Source of the DNA: Xylographa opegraphella
Lineage: Eukaryota
Length of the DNA stretch: 64,000 bases
Assembly (NCBI GenBank): GCA_022813865.1
Contig: JALDZX010000002.1
Span: 372,001 to 436,000 of the forward strand
Direction: 5' to 3'
Below, in pieces: positions 60,001 through 64,000 of this stretch; position 1 is the first letter of the stretch, and each line of letters opens with the position of its first letter. Position numbers and translations under genes: made by a program. The notes under the pieces were generated by a model. It was not told where the DNA came from and made no database searches. It saw nothing but the letters and a program-made list of their open reading frames with translations.

Positions 60001-61494
60001 TGAACCAGGGTTGTGAGTGGCTGTACGTGCTACATCAGATGGGCTGGGAGGATTCCACGATGATCCGAAACTGAAACTTTGTGGAGCAAATGAGCTTGAC
60101 GGCGCAGGCGAGCAGTCTGATGGCTGTTGGGATTCGTAAGAAGGATCGGAGATTGACATGGGATCTTCGCCAACTTTTGAGGCCAGCGAATCCGTTCCTA
60201 TCGCTGTCTTGCCCATTGTCGAACTGACGCTACCCAGTGATGAACTGGTGTCTGACTGGCCCGTTGACATATGGCAATCTTTGGGACTCAGTGGTGGATT
60301 AACATGGGTGCCGGAATCAGACTCTGATCCATGCTCCTGGTCCTCCTGATCCTCCTCCTGCTGTTGCGGCTGCCTATAAGGTTGATTGAAGCCACCATCG
60401 AAAGAAGATGATTGCTGTTGCGGCTGACCGTTGCCTGGAGAGACAAACTGTGATGGCTGCTGCTGGTGTTGCTGGTCAGACGATTGATAAGGGTCTCCTA
60501 AGAAAGATGATTGAGCTGGCGCCTGGAGATTCGTGAAAGATGATTGAGCTGGCGCCTGGAAATTCGTGAAAGAGGACTGTGCTGGCTGTGCTGGCGGTGC
60601 TGGCTGTGCTGGCTGAGTTGGTTGTGCTGGCTGTGCTTGCTGTGGTCGCTTGCCAAATTCCCGAAAGGTCACCGCAAAGAACGACGACTGTGGTTGTGGT
60701 TGTTGCTCCTGCTGTTGCGGCTGCTGCGGTGGTGGCTGCTGCTGCTGCTGTGGCTGAGGAACGTATTGGCTGGAAGGATTTGATAACGACTCCTTTTTCA
60801 GAGCATCCGTGAAAGCACTCTTGGTGTTATATGGAATTTGATCTGCTGGACTCTGTAGGAAAGGAGCATTTGGAGCCCACAGCTTTCCTTCGTTGTTTTT
60901 ATTCAGATTAGGATCACATCTATAGATTACTGGTCCTTTTGGCGGCGGCGTTGCAGGTATTACCTGTGCTGGAGCGGGTGTAGTGGACGGCATCGAGAAA
61001 ATGCTGCCTGCATAACCACTCATGGGATTAACACCGTTAGACGGCTGGGCAACCCCTGATGCGAACGGATTATTGACAGGAAGTGTGCCGCCATTTGGGT
61101 TGAAATCAAATCCAGAGCCTCCAGGTGTATCTGACTGCGGAACAAAGCCTGGAGACATGGTAGAAATGTTATATTCACGAAGGTTGAAAGCTGGCGAGTG
61201 TATATCGAGACCTGGATTGATAGTGGTTGACGTAGATAGGGAGTTCTGTTGACTATTGCTACCGTTGGCTATATTTGGATCGACGTTGTCAAATGGAACA
61301 TGAGGTTGCTGCTGTTGCCCCAAACCAGTTCCATGGTTTTGGCCTGGAAGAGTGCCAGGCACTCTTCCTGCTCTTCGACCGGTCGCCATCCTGTGTTGAG
61401 CATCAGCATCGCGTCTGGACGTTGTACGGCTAACATGAATTGGATCGTTGTATGCTCTATCACGATTCGTGCGAAGGTTATAACGTTTCGGCAT
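57016..61494 (-). CDS. FG-nucleoporin with a C-terminal Ran-binding domain, Nup2-like
   Basis: 1492-aa ORF with scattered FG/FxFG motifs, a central helical block REYITHYRIRSLNHAFKKY and a C-terminal RanBD1-like domain (GEENEE...WVKKGLGPLRVLKH...GRVRIVHR). Confidence 0.8.
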   Translation of the reverse strand: MPKRYNLRTNRDRAYNDPIHVSRTTSRRDADAQHRMATGRRAGRVPGTLPGQNHGTGLGQQQQPHVPFDNVDPNIANGSNSQQNSLSTSTTINPGLDIHSPAFNLREYNISTMSPGFVPQSDTPGGSGFDFNPNGGTLPVNNPFASGVAQPSNGVNPMSGYAGSIFSMPSTTPAPAQVIPATPPPKGPVIYRCDPNLNKNNEGKLWAPNAPFLQSPADQIPYNTKSAFTDALKKESLSNPSSQYVPQPQQQQQPPPQQPQQQEQQPQPQSSFFAVTFREFGKRPQQAQPAQPTQPAQPAPPAQPAQSSFTNFQAPAQSSFTNLQAPAQSSFLGDPYQSSDQQHQQQPSQFVSPGNGQPQQQSSSFDGGFNQPYRQPQQQEEDQEDQEHGSESDSGTHVNPPLSPKDCHMSTGQSDTSSSLGSVSSTMGKTAIGTDSLASKVGEDPMSISDPSYESQQPSDCSPAPSSSFAPQSFSFGSSWNPPSPSDVARTATHNPGSNPINAADANEAEMLDSDMDTSQAIESTHMSDGDEDHTPRPAPTSRTMFNPPIPPSDTSQSFQPTHMSNGSEAMTPTPAPRKAPLFKSLLPTPATSQSFQPTHMSNGGEAATPKLASTKEPLFKPLIPTSNPSQTTIFPTSSKEAPSSQISRSIPPSSNAPIAKSTQSSGFVFTSDSTPIEPSSQSGGSFPTSNNVPIAKTTIEASEASSYSEKTSSAGQQMETLMPPTCPKNFTENQKREYITHYRIRSLNHAFKKYIDSAIIFPVDAGVLGFYQAKMDLILRDGSLSLQDPGTKRKRLGEDQGNGLNKQIANNATWTNGDGPLTTSSNSNNSKRKATEEISKGSGKNGVSDNAKKARGNITHPTLPQKTETSRLFAKAAKGNASSSASASAPDKGPTFNVNAATLQKAPAAPSKPGASLFANTPGPALVDKTVALVQSSTFKVPSFGTPSGTNFLSQFRQSAKKTEEEIAKEAKAKRKADEYDSDDGEDAEAAWERKYEDEQRAKKRKIEEAKTNTTFKFVPNKALGHSTKDAKSASRSPQPATVASASSDISGPSSVLEDPFVLENPSESHWQNPWANLNTQVNNEAQGDDDQSEGSDEDESETQASKIEAALASDASSILAPRSIFDRIETNSDGSLKREIPSASENKQNETGRSIGLFGQPSTLQGTSASTPTAPRSGLFGQPFSNSQSMGPFGTASDSSSNPKTALPRPQPNTTWKINTPIKFGSASTAPTLSFTSPSPTKPIENEQSQNPSSTLFGAKPATNSFASQPTTLGASFGASFGASFGASFGASFSNTPSAKTESIFSTSPKSSPPVPAVGFIFGEPSKPFSSLAVPLSSNSATSSRTTSPEISTGGESAAEDDQSAMPLLPQIDLTSARAGEENEECLLEVKAKSLELQKKEWVKKGLGPLRVLKHRSTGRVRIVHRVETVGKIILNTALMEGMTYNHVTDKTVTFGVATDTGRISQWTIMVGSKERAAELALLLEENKSN
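57610..57669. repeat. 12-bp perfect tandem repeat x5 encoding (GASF)n within the nucleoporin
   Basis: (gaatgatgctcc)5. Confidence 0.95.
59613..59945 (-). repeat. 111-bp (37-aa) intragenic repeat x3 in the nucleoporin
   Basis: ccat(t/c)tgacatatgagtgg at 59684, 59795 and 59906. The protein repeats TSQxxxxTHMSxG...TP...F. Confidence 0.85.
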
Positions 61495-61517
61495 GATGAC
61501 GGTGATGGTAGAAAATG

Positions 61518-61565
61518 TTTCTGTGTTTGAAAATTTGTGTATTTCTGTGTTTGAGAATTTGTGTA
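61518..61565. repeat. 24-bp tandem duplication just upstream of the nucleoporin ATG
   Basis: tttctgtgtttga(a/g)aatttgtgta x2. Confidence 0.85.
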
Positions 61566-62663
61566 GGTGGGAGAGTGTAGGAAGAGAGAGAAATGCAGAA
61601 TTAAGTAGGTGTTAGCTCCGTGGTGTGAGTGTTAATGGTCATCATTTCATTTTAAAATGTGAATGTGGTGATAGCACAGCAACAAGTCGCCGGCGCGAAT
61701 AACACAAACAACAACAATTCCGTTCTGACTCACTTTCTTTTCGCCAATTGAGCAGCCGTAGCTCTCTGCGAACTATCACTCTCACTTCCATTGTCTTTTC
61801 CACCACCATTAAATGCTCCTAATCGACTTGATTGCGCTTCCGAGTCGCGTTTTGCCATTCTGCTCACTTCTTCGAGGAAGACGGTTCGATATTCGATATT
61901 CGATGTAGGAGAGTTCAGGAGGCCGTTAACTTGTTGTAGTGAGTGAAGATTCCCGACAACACCTTGCCAATCCCCGATAATGTGTATCTACAGGGTGGTC
62001 GACGGATCGCGCGCTCTGGAGAATCAAGTCCGCATCCAGGGCCCCTCAACATTCGCGCTTGGGCCTTAGGCACCGATCCATCAACACTTCTGTACAGACA
62101 TCAAGCCAAACCACATTGGTTAGGGACACAATTTGCAAGAAGTGTTAATCGAAAAGGTGGTCGGGTTCAGCTCACTCTTCTTCGACGCTGTGAATATCCG
62201 TCGTGAGGGTGATGTTGTGCTAGTAAGACATTTGGCGATGCGATTCTTGGCAGTCACGTGGTCAAGCAAGATTTATACACGTGCGTGAAGTCCAGACTGC
62301 ACTCTGCTTCTCTATAACATATTATACTACTTGATCCTACTTTCGGGAATTCTCTGACCAGCGGCCTCTGTGTCTTAAGTTCTGTACGACGATAAATAAA
62401 TGCCACGTTTGCTGTGCTTGGAGCTCGGTCACTCTATAGTAAGCACCGTAAATATATCAAATAGAGTTGAATCGGCTCCTGCTCTGAAAGCCAACCTCTT
62501 GACTGTGGGCTACTGATACTTTACTGCTGTATATTATCAAAACTAGGATACCACGAAAACCGGTCCAATAGTTCCACAAGGCTCAAGAGAATCTACCACA
62601 ATATAGATAATTTAATGAGGCTATAAACACCACTGTCTATCTATAAAACCTAGTCTATAGCAT

Positions 62664-63240
62664 CTATAGCTTCGCCTTTGTACCTATCTGCGCTTTCTTC
62701 AATATTGGTTCCATTTTTGTAGCCTTCATAACGTTCCCCTTCACCTTCAGTTTCCCTGACATGAACAGCCGTTGCGCCTGGGTCTTTCCTGCAACCAGCT
62801 TGCTGAAGTCGTCGTCAGATAATGAGAGAGTGACTGCCAGCATTAAGTCAGCAGTAGTTCCGATGGCATCCGCAGGTATGTAGAGCTTAATCTGGTCATA
62901 CACGCCGCATGGAACTCCGAGGAGGATCAGTTATCCGCAATATGGGACTCACCATCAGCTTTACCGCCTTTAGGAGCCTCTCCCTTGGCAACCTCACCCT
63001 TGTCCTTCAGATCAATATACCAACTATCCGTCTCGCCCTGTGCGTTTTTCAGGACAAAAGCGAAGATGGCTTGCCCGGCCTTCACAGCACTCTTGCGCTC
63101 GGCATCATCGGATTGCAAAGAGCTGTTGATGGCATCGAACGCTACCGATGAGGGGAAGGAGTCTTGCCAGAAGTGCCAATGTCAGCAGCAATAAAGCACG
63201 AGGATTTAGCTGCAAGTGAAGTACCGTTCTTGAGAGACAT
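62664..63240 (-). CDS. SCP2 sterol/fatty-acid carrier protein, peroxisomal (3 exons)
   Basis: Exons 63240-63225, 63162-62953 and 62833-62664. The product reads MSLKNDSFPSSVAFDAI...SWYIDLK...AQRLFMSGKLKVKGNVMKA and ends in the PTS1 signal AKL. Confidence 0.9.
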
Positions 63241-64000
63241 GATGCAGGTAGACGTGTGACACCTCGATTGGTCGCTGTGTTCAACAGTCCGAGTCGCACC
63301 TTCCGTGTACAAGGCGAGAGAGTATGTGCCGACTTTCTCCAAGCCAGGAGTCAATATCGAACAGTCTGAAATCGAATGATCATGACAACACGAGAGTCTG
63401 CAGACCGGCGTTGCAGTTGAACTCTGGTGGATCGCTGGCATGTGATGAGGCTTGCGGCGCCATCCAGCTTGACGCATGCGGAACTCGGGCCGAGGCACAG
63501 ACCTTGAATCCGGAGTACCTCTGTATCAAGTAGAGCCATCTCATGTATTATAAAAAATTTTCAGTCGTAGAAACTCAGTGGCTTTCACGATTTTGGCTAT
63601 ATCTTCCAGGTTGTGAGTGGCTGCTTCCTGTCAATGTAAACCGAGCTCGGAAAGCCACCAAAGTCTTCACCACAGTCCTTCACCAAAGGTCCCCGCCAAA
63701 GCCGTTGCAGTCCTTTTGAAGCTGGATCATTGCAAGATACGACGGGATCAGACACCATGTAATTAGTATGGAAGGACAGGAGGGTTTTTGAGATCTGTCA
63801 AATTGGTCACGGCGCAAAACTACGAATTCGTTTTATTAATAGTAAAAGCATGCGATTAGTCTAGATACTGTTATTTGCCAAATGAGGTGCATATGGGGAA
63901 AGCTCAACCCACGCTGAACTTGAAAAAGTAAGCTGCAGTCGTCTTGAATGGCAAATTCAGAACGTTACAGGTGATGCGATCATCGACTTCATTTAATTGC

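Overview
Eukaryotic, intron-containing sequence from a filamentous ascomycete (Pezizomycotina-type gene structure: short GT-AG introns with CTRAY branch sites). About 20 protein-coding genes were reconstructed by hand-splicing: an ELL-like Pol II elongation factor, a secreted LRR-like protein, a DUF2237 protein, ATP synthase subunit g, a TLC-domain protein, a multi-pass membrane protein, a Rab4-type GTPase, a GH2 beta-mannosidase, a xylitol dehydrogenase, a Ca2+/H+ exchanger, an MBL-fold protein, a Cps1-like GT2, Vps28, Rok1, Atg2, a UbcH10-type E2, Chk1, a Nup2-like nucleoporin, an SCP2 protein and a few hypotheticals. No transposase, rRNA, tRNA or CRISPR array was found. The most interesting signals are non-coding. 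(i) Directly downstream of the nucleoporin stop codon there are three (possibly four) hairpins with an identical 20-nt C(UUCG)G-capped apex, whose lower stems differ in sequence but stay paired. (ii) An ~800-nt, helix-dense, apparently non-coding + strand segment at 36.46-37.25 kb contains a 1.5-repeat telomere-template-like 9-mer and is followed by an intron-like element; it is a candidate telomerase or other long structured RNA. (iii) There is a ~165-bp tandem duplication 3' of VPS28. Also noted are a probable 3-nt microexon in the Ca2+/H+ exchanger and a GC-AG intron in CHK1. All family assignments come from motif recognition, not database searches, and all RNA structures are by-eye predictions.
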